A stretch of DNA of 64,000 nucleotides from an uncultured Flavobacteriaceae bacterium. GTDB lineage: Bacteria > Bacteroidota > Bacteroidia > Flavobacteriales > Flavobacteriaceae. How positions within the stretch are numbered: position 1 is the stretch's first letter; each line of letters starts with the position of its first letter. Positions 1-9,695 of the stretch are shown here, in pieces. A program made the translations under genes and the position numbers. The stretch is taken from contig CAXYCN010000004.1 of assembly GCA_964275555.1 (NCBI GenBank), forward strand, positions 58,916 to 122,915, given 5' to 3'. The notes beneath the pieces were generated by a model. The model was not told the DNA's origin. It was given only the letters and a program-made list of their open reading frames with translations, and ran no database searches.

Positions 1-732
1 TATGTTTTAATGAATCAAAATTCTGCTTCAGCAAGTGAAATTGTAGCGGGTGCTTTACAAGATAACGATCGAGGAACTATAGTTGGGAGAAGATCTTTTG
101 GAAAAGGATTGGTGCAAAGAGAAATGTCTTTAGGGGATGGAAGCGCAGTAAGGCTTACCATTGCAAGGTACTATACGCCAACAGGTCGCTCAATTCAACG
201 TCCTTATGGTAACGGAAATAACGCGTACTACAATGATTATCAAAATCGTTATAAAAATGGAGAAATGGTGAGTGTAGACAGTATAAAAGTAGCAGATTCC
301 TTAAGGTTTTTAACTGCAAAAGGTAAAGTTGTTTATGGAGGAGGAGGTATTATCCCAGATGTATTTGTTCCAAAAGATACCAGTCTAGAAAACGAAACTT
401 TAGAATATATTTCTAGAAGTGGTTTTGCAAGTTATTTTGTATTTGAATATTTGGAAAAAAACAGAACTCAATTTTCAGGTATTACACTTGAAGATTTTTT
501 AGTAAATTATAAAGTAGATGAAGATTTACTTAATGAATTCATCGACTATTCAACAATTGATAAGGATCATTCAGAATTTAGAAATCATTTAGATCAGATT
601 AAAACAATCATTAAAGCTAGTATTGCCCAGCAAATATTTGATACCAATACCTTTGAGTTGATACTTAATAATGATGATAAAATGATTCAAAAAGTGCTAG
701 ATATAGAATCTAAATTAGAAACAAATCCATAA
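1..732 (+). CDS. ctpA: S41 carboxy-terminal processing protease (C-terminal part; gene starts upstream of window)
   Basis: Frame is open from base 1 (TAT GTT TTA ATG). Has S41 motifs [14 protein letters not shown] and [11 protein letters not shown], followed by [15 protein letters not shown]. Confidence 0.9.
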   Translation, partial: YVLMNQNSASASEIVAGALQDNDRGTIVGRRSFGKGLVQREMSLGDGSAVRLTIARYYTPTGRSIQRPYGNGNNAYYNDYQNRYKNGEMVSVDSIKVADSLRFLTAKGKVVYGGGGIIPDVFVPKDTSLENETLEYISRSGFASYFVFEYLEKNRTQFSGITLEDFLVNYKVDEDLLNEFIDYSTIDKDHSEFRNHLDQIKTIIKASIAQQIFDTNTFELILNNDDKMIQKVLDIESKLETNP

Positions 733-740
733 AAAGAGAG

Positions 741-938
741 TTAGTATCTTTTTTTCTTGGCAATCTTTTTTGCGGTACGTAAAATAAGTACTAATAAAAT
801 AGCACAAGCTCCAGTAAGTATTACGATTAATGCAACCCTACTTTGACCTTCTATAAGGTTTGAAAAGTCTAAAAAAGTAACATTATAAGCAATTAAAATA
901 ATTGCGATACTTATAAATATATAATTGAAATATTTCAT
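741..938 (-). CDS. Small hypothetical membrane protein (2 TM helices, basic C-terminus)
   Basis: 65-aa ORF with two hydrophobic segments, in an intergenic slot with no overlap. Confidence 0.7.
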   Translation of the reverse strand: MKYFNYIFISIAIILIAYNVTFLDFSNLIEGQSRVALIVILTGACAILLVLILRTAKKIAKKKRY

Positions 939-1014
939 TTTTTATCGATCATTTGGGACTTCTATATAATTACTTCCTTCTGCGAATAAAGCTTTAGAAA
1001 TCGATTTTTTATAA

Positions 1015-1599
1015 TTAATTAAATAATAGTTGAATGTTTGTAGTAAATAGTTTTACAGCAATAGCTAATAAGATAACTCCAAATATTTTTCGAATAATTA
1101 TAATTCCATTTTTGCCTATTACTCTTTGAATTTTACCAGAGGTTTTTAAAACAATATAGATAAAGATTATATTTATAATTATAGCGATAATAATATTTTG
1201 AATGTCATATTCTGATCGAAGAGAAAGGAGTGTTGTTAAACTTCCAGGCCCAGCTAATAAAGGAAAAGCTAAAGGAAATACAGAAGCTAATTTAGGACTG
1301 CTATCTTCATCTTCTTTAAATAATGTGATCCCTAATATCATTTCCAAGGCTAGAAAGAATAAGATAAGAGAACCTGCAACCGCAAATTCATTAACATTAA
1401 TTCCAATTAAATTTAGTATTTGTTCTCCTACAAAAAGAAATGAGATCATTAAAATAGCAGCAATAATTGAAGCCATTCCAGATTGGATATGTCCAGCTTT
1501 TTCACGTAAAGATATAATGATAGGAAGGCTCCCCACTATATCTATTACAGCAAACAAGACCATGGTTGCGGTTAATATTTCCTTAGAGTTGAAATTCAT
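1015..1599 (-). CDS. MarC family integral membrane protein
   Basis: LFAVIDIVGSLP N-terminal motif, PLAFPLLAGPGS motif and about 6 TM segments. Confidence 0.9.
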   Translation of the reverse strand: MNFNSKEILTATMVLFAVIDIVGSLPIIISLREKAGHIQSGMASIIAAILMISFLFVGEQILNLIGINVNEFAVAGSLILFFLALEMILGITLFKEDEDSSPKLASVFPLAFPLLAGPGSLTTLLSLRSEYDIQNIIIAIIINIIFIYIVLKTSGKIQRVIGKNGIIIIRKIFGVILLAIAVKLFTTNIQLLFN

Positions 1600-1664
1600 T
1601 ATTTTTAGTTTTTAATATGACAAAATTAGGCATATTACCCTAATAATTTTATTATTTTTGCTAA

Positions 1665-2234
1665 ATGTTTCAACTAGGAAAAACCATCGTATCTGAGGAT
1701 ATAATCGAAAAAGAATTTGTCTGTAATCTTGGTGCTTGCAAAGGTGCTTGTTGTATTGAAGGTGATGCCGGTGCACCAGTAACAAAAGAAGAGGTTGATA
1801 TTCTAAAAGATATTTATCCAAAAGTAAAACCCTATTTACGACCAGAAGGCATAAAAGTTATTGAGGAATTAGGAACTCATATCATAACTGAATTATCAGA
1901 AATAGAAACTCCTTTGGTCAACGGCAAAGAATGCGCTTATGTGACTATTTCAGAGACTGGTATAACAGGTTGTGGTATTGAAGAGGCCTATAATGATGGA
2001 AAAATTGGTTTTAAAAAACCCATTTCTTGCCATTTATATCCAGTAAGAGTTCAAGATTACAGTGAATTCGCTGCTGTTAATTATCATAAATGGCCTATTT
2101 GTGACGATGCCTGTACTTTAGGTAAGGAGTTAAAGGTTCCTGTTTATAAATTTGTAAAAGAAGCTTTGATCCGAAAATTTGGAGAGAATTGGTATTTGGA
2201 ATTAGAAAAAATTGCAGCCGATTATCAAGATTAA
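1665..2234 (+). CDS. DUF3109 family Cys-rich (putative Fe-S/Zn) protein
   Basis: FVCNLGACKGACCIEGDAGAP and KPISCHLYPVR motifs, typical of Bacteroidota DUF3109. Confidence 0.85.
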   Translation: MFQLGKTIVSEDIIEKEFVCNLGACKGACCIEGDAGAPVTKEEVDILKDIYPKVKPYLRPEGIKVIEELGTHIITELSEIETPLVNGKECAYVTISETGITGCGIEEAYNDGKIGFKKPISCHLYPVRVQDYSEFAAVNYHKWPICDDACTLGKELKVPVYKFVKEALIRKFGENWYLELEKIAADYQD

Positions 2235-2287
2235 TTTTTGAATATTATTTTTGAATGTTTCTCGTTTTATTATTCTATTTCTGCATT

Positions 2288-2535
2288 TTTCTAACAGGTT
2301 GTTAATAAAAAACTAAGTTTCTTTTTGTTGAAAAATATCCTAACGCATACAATAATTTTTGTGGCTTGTTACCTTTAAAACAGTGTCTTGTAAGGGTTTT
2401 AAAGGGCTAAACAACAGTTTTTTTACAAATAAATATACATAACATAAGTAACTGATGTTTAAACATGTAAGTTGTAGTATTAACAAAATATTTGTAAACT
2501 GATAAAAATAATTGATGTTGAAAACTTGTTGAAAA
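2288..2535. promoter_or_regulatory. Cluster of DnaA-box-like 9-mers upstream of nrdBA
   Basis: TGTTAATAA at 2300-2308; TGTTGAAAA at 2326-2334, 2516-2524 and 2527-2535 (last two tandem, 2-bp spacer); reverse copies at 2288-2296 and 2477-2485. These resemble the TGTGNATAA DnaA-box consensus. Confidence 0.45.
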
Positions 2536-2718
2536 CCTAAATATTTTTATAAAAAAACACATCTAATTTTTTCCATATTTGTAAGAGTGAAAAATTCTAG
2601 ATATTTATAATTAATTACCAGAATTAAAAAACATAAAGAAATCACAACAAAAAAACAGGCATTAGCTGCCATTTAAAATTGTGAATTTAGCTATAAAATA
2701 ACATTACAACAGCCAAGA

Positions 2719-3999
2719 ATGGATATGCAAATTAAACACATAATTAAACGAGATTACGAAACCGATGTTTTTGAATTAGAGAAAATTGTAAATGCTATTG
2801 AAAAAGCAATGCAATCTGTAAATCATGGTACCAGAGAAGATGCTGTTGCCATTTCAAAAATTGTAATCGGTACTTTGTTAGAAAGAAAGCTCAAGGATCC
2901 AAAATATATTCCAAATGTTGAGCAAGTGCAAGATATTGTTGAATATAAATTAATGGACAGCCCATTTCATGATGTGGCAAAAGCCTATATCTTGTATAGA
3001 GATGAACAAAACCGAAGTAGAACAACCAATATTTTTGAAAAAAGAATTAATTTAAAGCCTTATGAATACCCTGAGTTAAACGAATATGTAGATGCGATTC
3101 GTCATTCTTATTGGATTCATACAGAGTTTAATTTTACCAGTGATATTCAAGACTATAAAACAGCATTAACCGATGTAGAGCGTAATGCTTTAAAAAATTC
3201 AATGCTTGCCATTTCACAAATTGAAGTAGCTGTAAAATCTTTTTGGGGAAACATCTTTCAAAGAATGCCAAAACCTGAAATAGGATCTGTTGGTGCCACT
3301 TTTTCTGAAAGTGAAGTACGTCATCAAGATGCATATTCACACTTATTAGAAATATTAGGTTTAAATGCAGAATTTAATCAACTAAAAAAGAAACCCGTAA
3401 TCATGAGGCGGGTTAACTATCTAGAAACTGCTTTAAAAAATTCTAAATCAGAAGACAATAAAGAATATACTGAGGCTATTTTATTGTTCTCTTTATTTAT
3501 TGAACATGTTTCGCTTTTTTCTCAATTTTTAATTATTATGGCATTTAATAAGGAAAAAAACCTTTTTAAAGGAATTTCTAATGTAGTAGAAGCGACTTCA
3601 AAAGAAGAGCAAATTCATGGAGATTTTGGAATTGATCTGATTAATATTATTAAAAAAGAAAATCCAGATTGGTTTGATGATGATTATAATAAAATGATTC
3701 AAGATATATGCCATGAAGCTTTTATCTCTGAAAGCAAAGTTGTCGATTGGATTTTTGAAGAAGGTGAATTAGATTTCTTACCAAAAGATGTTATTAATGA
3801 ATTTATAAAACAACGTTTCAATAACTCTCTAGAAAGTATTGGAGTTGCAAAAATATTTGAAGTAGATGAAGCTTTAGTTAAGAAAACTGAATGGTTTGAT
3901 GATGAAATAATTGGGACCAAACATGGGGATTTCTTCGTAAAACGATCTATTAACTACAGTAAAAGAACAAAAAGTATAACCAGTGACGACCTTTTTTAA
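2719..3999 (+). CDS. nrdB: Class I ribonucleotide reductase beta subunit with N-terminal ATP-cone fusion
   Basis: N-terminal IIKRD...EKIVNAIEKAM...VEQVQDIVEYKLM...VAKAYILYR ATP cone. Ferritin-like core with QIEVAV, ESEVRHQDAYS and EEQIHGDF. C-terminal DFF..R..NYSK tail. Confidence 0.95.
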   Translation: MDMQIKHIIKRDYETDVFELEKIVNAIEKAMQSVNHGTREDAVAISKIVIGTLLERKLKDPKYIPNVEQVQDIVEYKLMDSPFHDVAKAYILYRDEQNRSRTTNIFEKRINLKPYEYPELNEYVDAIRHSYWIHTEFNFTSDIQDYKTALTDVERNALKNSMLAISQIEVAVKSFWGNIFQRMPKPEIGSVGATFSESEVRHQDAYSHLLEILGLNAEFNQLKKKPVIMRRVNYLETALKNSKSEDNKEYTEAILLFSLFIEHVSLFSQFLIIMAFNKEKNLFKGISNVVEATSKEEQIHGDFGIDLINIIKKENPDWFDDDYNKMIQDICHEAFISESKVVDWIFEEGELDFLPKDVINEFIKQRFNNSLESIGVAKIFEVDEALVKKTEWFDDEIIGTKHGDFFVKRSINYSKRTKSITSDDLF

Positions 4000-4002
4000 A
4001 CT

Positions 4003-5796
4003 ATGAACAACCCTACAAGAAGCCAAGAGGCCAACTCCAAAGAATCCCTTTCCGAACAAGATCGATTACTTCAAGCAAGAAAAGAAGCGATGCAAAATGC
4101 AAAAAGTAAAATGGACTTGCCAGAAATTAAATGGTTAACAGAAAATAGCCGCAAATTTTTAGAATCTGGATATTTAACTGGAGATACAACTCCCGAAGAA
4201 AGAATTTTAGAAATTGCTCAACACGCAGAAAAAATTCTTGGAATTGACGGATATGCCGAAAAGTTTTATAAATACATGTCTGAAGGTTTTTATTCATTAG
4301 CATCACCAGTTTGGTCAAATTTTGGAAAAAAACGCGGTTTACCAATTAGTTGTTTTGGTTCTTGTATTGCAGACGATATGGGTGATATTTTATACACACA
4401 ATCTGAAGTAGGTATGATGTCTAAACTAGGGGGTGGTACATCTGGTTATTTTGGGAAAATTAGACATAGAGGTGCTGAGGTTAAAAATAATGGAAGCTCT
4501 TCAGGATCTGTTCATATTATGCAGTTGTTTGAAAAAATGGTAGACATCGTTAGTCAAGGTTCTGTTCGGCGAGGACGATTTGCTCCTTATTTACCAATAG
4601 ATCATCAAGATATTCATGAATTTTTAGAAATTGGAACTGAAGGCAACCCAATTCAGGAATTAACTCATGGAGTTACAGTAGGAGATCAATGGATGCAAGA
4701 AATGATTGATGGTGATGTTGATAAAAGAACCCTTTGGGCGAAAGTTTTGCAACGTAGGGGTGAAATAGGATATCCATATATTTTCTTTAGAGATCACGCT
4801 AATAACGGAACTGTAGATGTTTATAAAGATAAAAAATTAGAAATACACGGTAGTAATCTTTGTACTGAAATTATGTTGCCCTCTAATGAGGACTGGTCTT
4901 TCGTATGTTGCTTATCATCAATGAATTTATTGCATTATGATAAATGGAAAGACACTGACGCTGTAGAAACGCTTACCTATTTCCTAGATGCGGTTATGGA
5001 AGAGTTTATCACAAAATTAGAAGTGTATAAAAACTCAACAGATCGTGATGACCAATTAACTTTTACCTTTATGGAGAAAGCTTATAATTTTGCAAAAGAA
5101 AATAGAGCATTAGGTTTAGGAGCTTTGGGTTGGCATTCTTTATTACAGTCTAAAATGTTACCTTTTGATAGTGAAGAAGCTTTTAAATTAAATTCTGAAA
5201 TATTTAAAACAATAAAGGATAAATCCTATAAAGCTTCAGAGGAATTAGCCAAATTATTTGGTGAACCTGCCGTATTAAAAGGGTACGGTAGACGCAACAC
5301 AACACTTAATGCAATCGCTCCTACTACTTCCTCAGCTTTTATATTAGGACAGGTATCACAGGGTATTGAGCCAATTTGGTCCAATAGTTATGTAAAAGAT
5401 ATTGCTAAAATAAAAACAACTATTAAAAATCCATTTTTAGAAGATCTTTTAGAAGAAAAAGGGCAAAATACTACCGAAGTTTGGAGGAGTATTAGAGATT
5501 TTGACGGCTCTGTCCAGCATTTAGACTTTTTATCTGAAAATGAAAAAGATGTATTTAAAACATATCCAGAAATAGACCAAAATGTAATTGTATATCAAGC
5601 TGCTAACAGGCAAAACCATATAGATCAAGGACAATCTATTAATGTGATGGTTCACCCAGATATGCCAATTAAAGATGTAAATAATATTTATATTACCGCT
5701 TGGAAATTAGGTATTAAGTCTATGTACTATCAACATAGTATGAATGCAGCTCAAAAATTCAAACAAAAAAAATCTTGTGATAGTTGTGAAGGATAA
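4003..5796 (+). CDS. nrdA: Class I ribonucleotide reductase alpha subunit (no ATP cone)
   Basis: GLPISCF, GSNLCTEI (catalytic NxCxE), AIAPTTSS, KSMYY and a C-terminal CxxC (SCDSCEG). Only 597 aa. Confidence 0.95.
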   Translation: MNNPTRSQEANSKESLSEQDRLLQARKEAMQNAKSKMDLPEIKWLTENSRKFLESGYLTGDTTPEERILEIAQHAEKILGIDGYAEKFYKYMSEGFYSLASPVWSNFGKKRGLPISCFGSCIADDMGDILYTQSEVGMMSKLGGGTSGYFGKIRHRGAEVKNNGSSSGSVHIMQLFEKMVDIVSQGSVRRGRFAPYLPIDHQDIHEFLEIGTEGNPIQELTHGVTVGDQWMQEMIDGDVDKRTLWAKVLQRRGEIGYPYIFFRDHANNGTVDVYKDKKLEIHGSNLCTEIMLPSNEDWSFVCCLSSMNLLHYDKWKDTDAVETLTYFLDAVMEEFITKLEVYKNSTDRDDQLTFTFMEKAYNFAKENRALGLGALGWHSLLQSKMLPFDSEEAFKLNSEIFKTIKDKSYKASEELAKLFGEPAVLKGYGRRNTTLNAIAPTTSSAFILGQVSQGIEPIWSNSYVKDIAKIKTTIKNPFLEDLLEEKGQNTTEVWRSIRDFDGSVQHLDFLSENEKDVFKTYPEIDQNVIVYQAANRQNHIDQGQSINVMVHPDMPIKDVNNIYITAWKLGIKSMYYQHSMNAAQKFKQKKSCDSCEG

Positions 5797-5821
5797 ATAC
5801 TTTAAAATTTAAATCAAGTGT

Positions 5822-5865
5822 GTTAATAAAAAAAGGAATGCGAAAGCTTTCCTTTTTTTATTAAC
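5822..5865 (+). terminator. Rho-independent terminator after nrdA
   Basis: GTTAATAAAAAAAGGAA...TTCCTTTTTTTATTAAC inverted repeat with A/T tails. Confidence 0.75.
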
Positions 5866-5888
5866 TATCAATACTATAGTATTGATAG
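5865..5888. repeat. Perfect 24-bp palindrome CTATCAATACTA|TAGTATTGATAG
   Basis: Read directly from the sequence. It has no loop and lies between two terminators. Confidence 0.8.
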
Positions 5889-5924
5889 CTTTTATTTAGA
5901 ATTTATTTAAAAGCAGTTAAAAAC

Positions 5925-5959
5925 ATAAAGCCCCACAATTAAAAATTGTGGGGCTTTAT
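5925..5959 (-). terminator. Rho-independent terminator after pit
   Basis: ATAAAGCCCCACAATT-aaa-AATTGTGGGGCTTTAT hairpin, 17 bp downstream of the pit stop. Confidence 0.8.
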
Positions 5960-5975
5960 TATAGTTATAGTTTTG

Positions 5976-8228
5976 TTAGTTTTTGGTATTATAACTATTG
6001 TAATATTCTTCAATTAAATTCATAATTGCAGATACTAAATCTTTAGTCTCTAATAGCAAACTAAAATGCAATGCAGTGTTTTTAGGACTAACATCTTCTT
6101 CAGAACGTGTTCTAGTTATTTGACTTGAAATTTTTACAGCTAAATCATCTTGAGCTTTTTGTTTTCCATTAATGATATCTCCTAATTTTTCAAAATCACG
6201 ATTGTTAAATATCATTTCAATTTCATTTAATAAACTTTCAAATGAGTTGTTAATGTCTTGCAAATCTTTAATTTGACTAAATTTCAGCGCCTTGTGATTG
6301 TTGTTTATATGTTTATAACTAGTTTTAGCTAAGAAGTCTAGAGATTGAGCTACATCTTGTAAATAACCTAAAATAATAATATAGAAATTAGATCCACGGA
6401 CACTAGTTTCATCTAGATTTTTTATAAAATAGAAAATATCATCTCTAAGTTCATCTACTTCCGTATTTAATTTTTCAACTCCCTTTCGACTCTTTTTAAG
6501 TTTAGACAAATCTTCCGTTGCCAAACCATTTAGCATGTGAGAGTATATTTTGTTAGTTCTCGAAACTACATTAGAAATATTATCGGCACTTTCCTCAATG
6601 ATTCCTTGAACGGTTTTACTTTCGGCTTTTTTTAACCCATCCTTTAAATGAGCGTTGTTACTTTTTTTCTTGTAACTTAAATAATTCCTTACCAATAATA
6701 AAACAGTGATCAATAATAAAATAGCAATCATTAGGTTTCCACCTAAGTAGATAAGGTAGGCAATGATACCTGATGCTACAAATGCGCTAAAAGCGGTAAA
6801 AAACCATCCCCCAATCACATTTAATACACCAGCTATTCTATAAACGGCACTTTCTCTTCCCCAAGCTCTATCGGCTAGTGAGGTTCCCATGGCTACCATA
6901 AATGTAACATAGGTAGTAGATAACGGAAGTTTCATAGAGGTCGCTATAGATATTAATATACTTGCAACCATCAGATTTACCGAAGCTCGAACCATATCGA
7001 AGGCTGGTAATTCTTGATGTTTATCTACTAACTTTAACACTTTTGGTTTTTCAAATTGCTTTTCAATTTTATCTTGTACTTTCTTAGGTAAAATAGTACC
7101 ATGATATTTTGAAATTACTGTAGAAAATCGCACAATACCTCGAGATAAAAAGTTGGATTCGAATCGTTCTTTTACAGAATCTTGATTTGATAAATCTAGC
7201 GATGTTTTTAAAACTCTCTTTGCTTTTTTAGAAAACCAAAGTGTCAAGACCATAACCAATCCTGCTAGAAATAAAAGCAGGCTAGGTGTCGGAACTTTTT
7301 TCGACATTACTTCCATACTAAATTCAGTTGCAGGTACTCCAGAAGCAACCCATGCTTCATAAGATTGCCAAGCTGCTATTGGTACTCCAATAAAGTTGAC
7401 TAAATCATTACCAGCAAATGCCATGGCAATAGCAAAGGTTCCAATAATAATAATGAACTTATAAACACTCATCTTAAAAACGGCAGTAATCAGTGAACAT
7501 AAAGCAGTCCAGAAGATAAAGCTTAAGGCAACAATTATCATGGCGTTTTCAGAAATAAACAACTTAAAATCACCTGAAACAAAGCTTGCTCCCTTTAACC
7601 CTTTTATTAAAATAAAATAAGTAATTGCTGTTGCAGCTATTCCACCAAACAACGCCGAAACCCATTTTGCTTTCTGCTCAAAATTAAAAGTTAATAAGAG
7701 TCTAGTATTATATTGTACAAATGCCCCTATCGAGAATGCGACGACAACAGACAGCAGAATACCTAATATGATCTCGGTGGCCTTTGCAGTATTTATGTAT
7801 TGCCCCAGATCAGCTATTGTTTGTGAGTCTGAGGTGCTGATTTTTATTAAAGACATTACTACTGCAGCACCTAATAATTCAAAAACAATCGATACCGTTG
7901 TAGATGTAGGCATTCCTAGGGTATTAAAGAAGTCTAATAGCAGAATGTCTGTGATCATTACCGCCATAAAAATGATCATAATTTCATTAAAGTAAAATTC
8001 ACTTGGCATAAAAATACCTTTTCGAGCAACTTCCATCATACCACTGGAAGATAAAGCTCCAAAAGCAACCCCTAAACTGGCGACGATCATAATGGTTTTA
8101 AAAGAAACGGCTTTAGATCCAATAGCAGAGTTTAAAAAGTTTACAGCATCGTTGCTAACTCCAACTACTAAATCTGCAATAGCTAAAATAGCTAAAGCAG
8201 CAATCATTAAAATGTAAATATTATCCAT
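5976..8228 (-). CDS. Inorganic phosphate transporter (PiT/PHO4 family) with C-terminal PhoU-like helical domain
   Basis: Two PiT signature motifs (VSNDAVNF, AGNDLVNF) and two P-S-T-T motifs (MPTSTT, LPLSTT). Soluble helical C-terminal region of about 200 aa. Confidence 0.9.
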   Translation of the reverse strand: MDNIYILMIAALAILAIADLVVGVSNDAVNFLNSAIGSKAVSFKTIMIVASLGVAFGALSSSGMMEVARKGIFMPSEFYFNEIMIIFMAVMITDILLLDFFNTLGMPTSTTVSIVFELLGAAVVMSLIKISTSDSQTIADLGQYINTAKATEIILGILLSVVVAFSIGAFVQYNTRLLLTFNFEQKAKWVSALFGGIAATAITYFILIKGLKGASFVSGDFKLFISENAMIIVALSFIFWTALCSLITAVFKMSVYKFIIIIGTFAIAMAFAGNDLVNFIGVPIAAWQSYEAWVASGVPATEFSMEVMSKKVPTPSLLLFLAGLVMVLTLWFSKKAKRVLKTSLDLSNQDSVKERFESNFLSRGIVRFSTVISKYHGTILPKKVQDKIEKQFEKPKVLKLVDKHQELPAFDMVRASVNLMVASILISIATSMKLPLSTTYVTFMVAMGTSLADRAWGRESAVYRIAGVLNVIGGWFFTAFSAFVASGIIAYLIYLGGNLMIAILLLITVLLLVRNYLSYKKKSNNAHLKDGLKKAESKTVQGIIEESADNISNVVSRTNKIYSHMLNGLATEDLSKLKKSRKGVEKLNTEVDELRDDIFYFIKNLDETSVRGSNFYIIILGYLQDVAQSLDFLAKTSYKHINNNHKALKFSQIKDLQDINNSFESLLNEIEMIFNNRDFEKLGDIINGKQKAQDDLAVKISSQITRTRSEEDVSPKNTALHFSLLLETKDLVSAIMNLIEEYYNSYNTKN

Positions 8229-8248
8229 TATAAATTAGTTTTAAATTG

Positions 8249-8292
8249 TAAATATCTTATAGTTTGAAGTATTTAATGTTACCTAAATGTTA
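8249..8292 (-). promoter_or_regulatory. Putative Pho-box-like promoter (11-bp direct repeats) of pit
   Basis: AATGTTAcctaAATGTTA with GTTA at 8278 and 8289. The degenerate -7 element (taaa at 8249) is 29 bp from the first repeat. Confidence 0.55.
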
Positions 8293-8294
8293 TT

Positions 8295-9488
8295 TTAAAA
8301 ATGAACTTCTAATTGTAAACGAAACAATAATTCATCAGTAATGTCTGCGATTGTTAAATAACTAATGTCCGATTGAACTTTTAGTTTTTGACCAAATATA
8401 TATTTAGAAACACCTAAAGTGTATTGATTAGAAACTTCTTTCTCTTTCATATCAATGGTTGAAAAACGTCCTGTGAGTTCCCAGTTTTTAGAAAACAAGT
8501 AACCCGCCTGTAAATTAACACCATATCCTTCAGATACAATAACACCTGTTTCACTTCCATCACTATTTTTAGCAATTGGGTCATCAGCATCTCTGTTTGA
8601 ATATTCTGCCATCAATGAAAATCCTTTGTATTTTAACATAGCATCAACAAATAAAGTATTAATATTCGTTTCAAAAAACCCAACATCATTTACCATATAA
8701 GTACCTCTATTACTTTTATTTCTAACTGCATTATTATTAAAATCATAAGAAATACCCACTGCTAATTTAGGCTTAGACTCTCTTTCTAATGAGCTTCCTA
8801 TATAATCTCCATTGTTTTTAAATTTACCAAAAGGTAAAAACTCAATACGCCCTGTATATTGGTATCCTCCTATATTTCCGGTTACGACATTTCTTCCTTC
8901 TCCTTGTGAAATAGAAATAATTTCTCGGACAATAAATTTATCTGTAATGTTAATGTGATGCCTCAATTGAATACCTAAATCTCTATCAATATTAAAGCTT
9001 GCATTTAAAAGAGACCTGTCTACTAATTGTAAATTAGCTGATGAGATTACTCGTTCTCTATTTCCAGGTAATTTTGTTTGTCCTGCCCACAACACAAAAT
9101 TTTGATAAAAATTCCATTTTACCACAGCGTCTAAAATAATTCTTGGTGCATTTCCTGTATATATAGAAGCGCCAGCAATATCTCTATTGGATAATCCCAA
9201 TTCAACTTTATATTTTAACTTTGGAGATAATACAAAACCACTAAACTTTAAGCGAGCTCTTCGAATTAGAAAGTTAGTGTTTGCTGTACCAAATTCATTG
9301 TCTTCATATTTCCAATTGGTCGAGGAAAGTATTTGAATTCTAGGAGCAAATTTAACACTCCAAGAACTGTCTTTTGCAATATAGTTTACCATTCCTTTTC
9401 CAAACCCTTTTTCCTTATAAACTTGAGAGTGGATACTAAATGAAATTAGGAAGAAAAATAAAAATATTTTAATAGAAGCTTTATTCAT
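8295..9488 (-). CDS. Phosphate-selective porin (OprO/OprP-like)
   Basis: Signal peptide; FLIRRARLKFSG; GQTKLPGNRERVISSANLQLVDRS; alternating beta-strands; C-terminal Phe; directly upstream of pit. Confidence 0.8.
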   Translation of the reverse strand: MNKASIKIFLFFFLISFSIHSQVYKEKGFGKGMVNYIAKDSSWSVKFAPRIQILSSTNWKYEDNEFGTANTNFLIRRARLKFSGFVLSPKLKYKVELGLSNRDIAGASIYTGNAPRIILDAVVKWNFYQNFVLWAGQTKLPGNRERVISSANLQLVDRSLLNASFNIDRDLGIQLRHHINITDKFIVREIISISQGEGRNVVTGNIGGYQYTGRIEFLPFGKFKNNGDYIGSSLERESKPKLAVGISYDFNNNAVRNKSNRGTYMVNDVGFFETNINTLFVDAMLKYKGFSLMAEYSNRDADDPIAKNSDGSETGVIVSEGYGVNLQAGYLFSKNWELTGRFSTIDMKEKEVSNQYTLGVSKYIFGQKLKVQSDISYLTIADITDELLFRLQLEVHF

Positions 9489-9517
9489 TATAAAATCGTT
9501 AATAGTTTTTGTCGTTG

Positions 9518-9583
9518 CAAATAACTGTTTTCAATGTTAAGCCATTGTTAACTCTATGTGAATAAATTAAAAACTTTTTGTTA
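9518..9583 (-). promoter_or_regulatory. Putative Pho-box-like promoter of the porin
   Basis: GTTA at 9536, 9547 and 9580 plus GTGA at 9558, all on an 11-bp lattice. The -7 element (caaa at 9518; GTTATTTG on the - strand) is 29 bp from 9547. Confidence 0.6.
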
Positions 9584-9695
9584 TTTATGTGATATATTAT
9601 TAAACTAATTTTAAAATTTATAAATAACTAAGTATTTTTGAAAAAACAATAATGAAGGTTCACATTTGTAAGCATTAAATATTATTTTTACGGCT

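Noticed and set aside
2235-2718. Possible oriC because of the DnaA-box-like cluster
   Set aside because: No dnaA/dnaN/gidA context, and no clear unwinding element distinguishable from the AT-rich background. A regulatory role for nrdBA is more parsimonious. GC skew was not computed.
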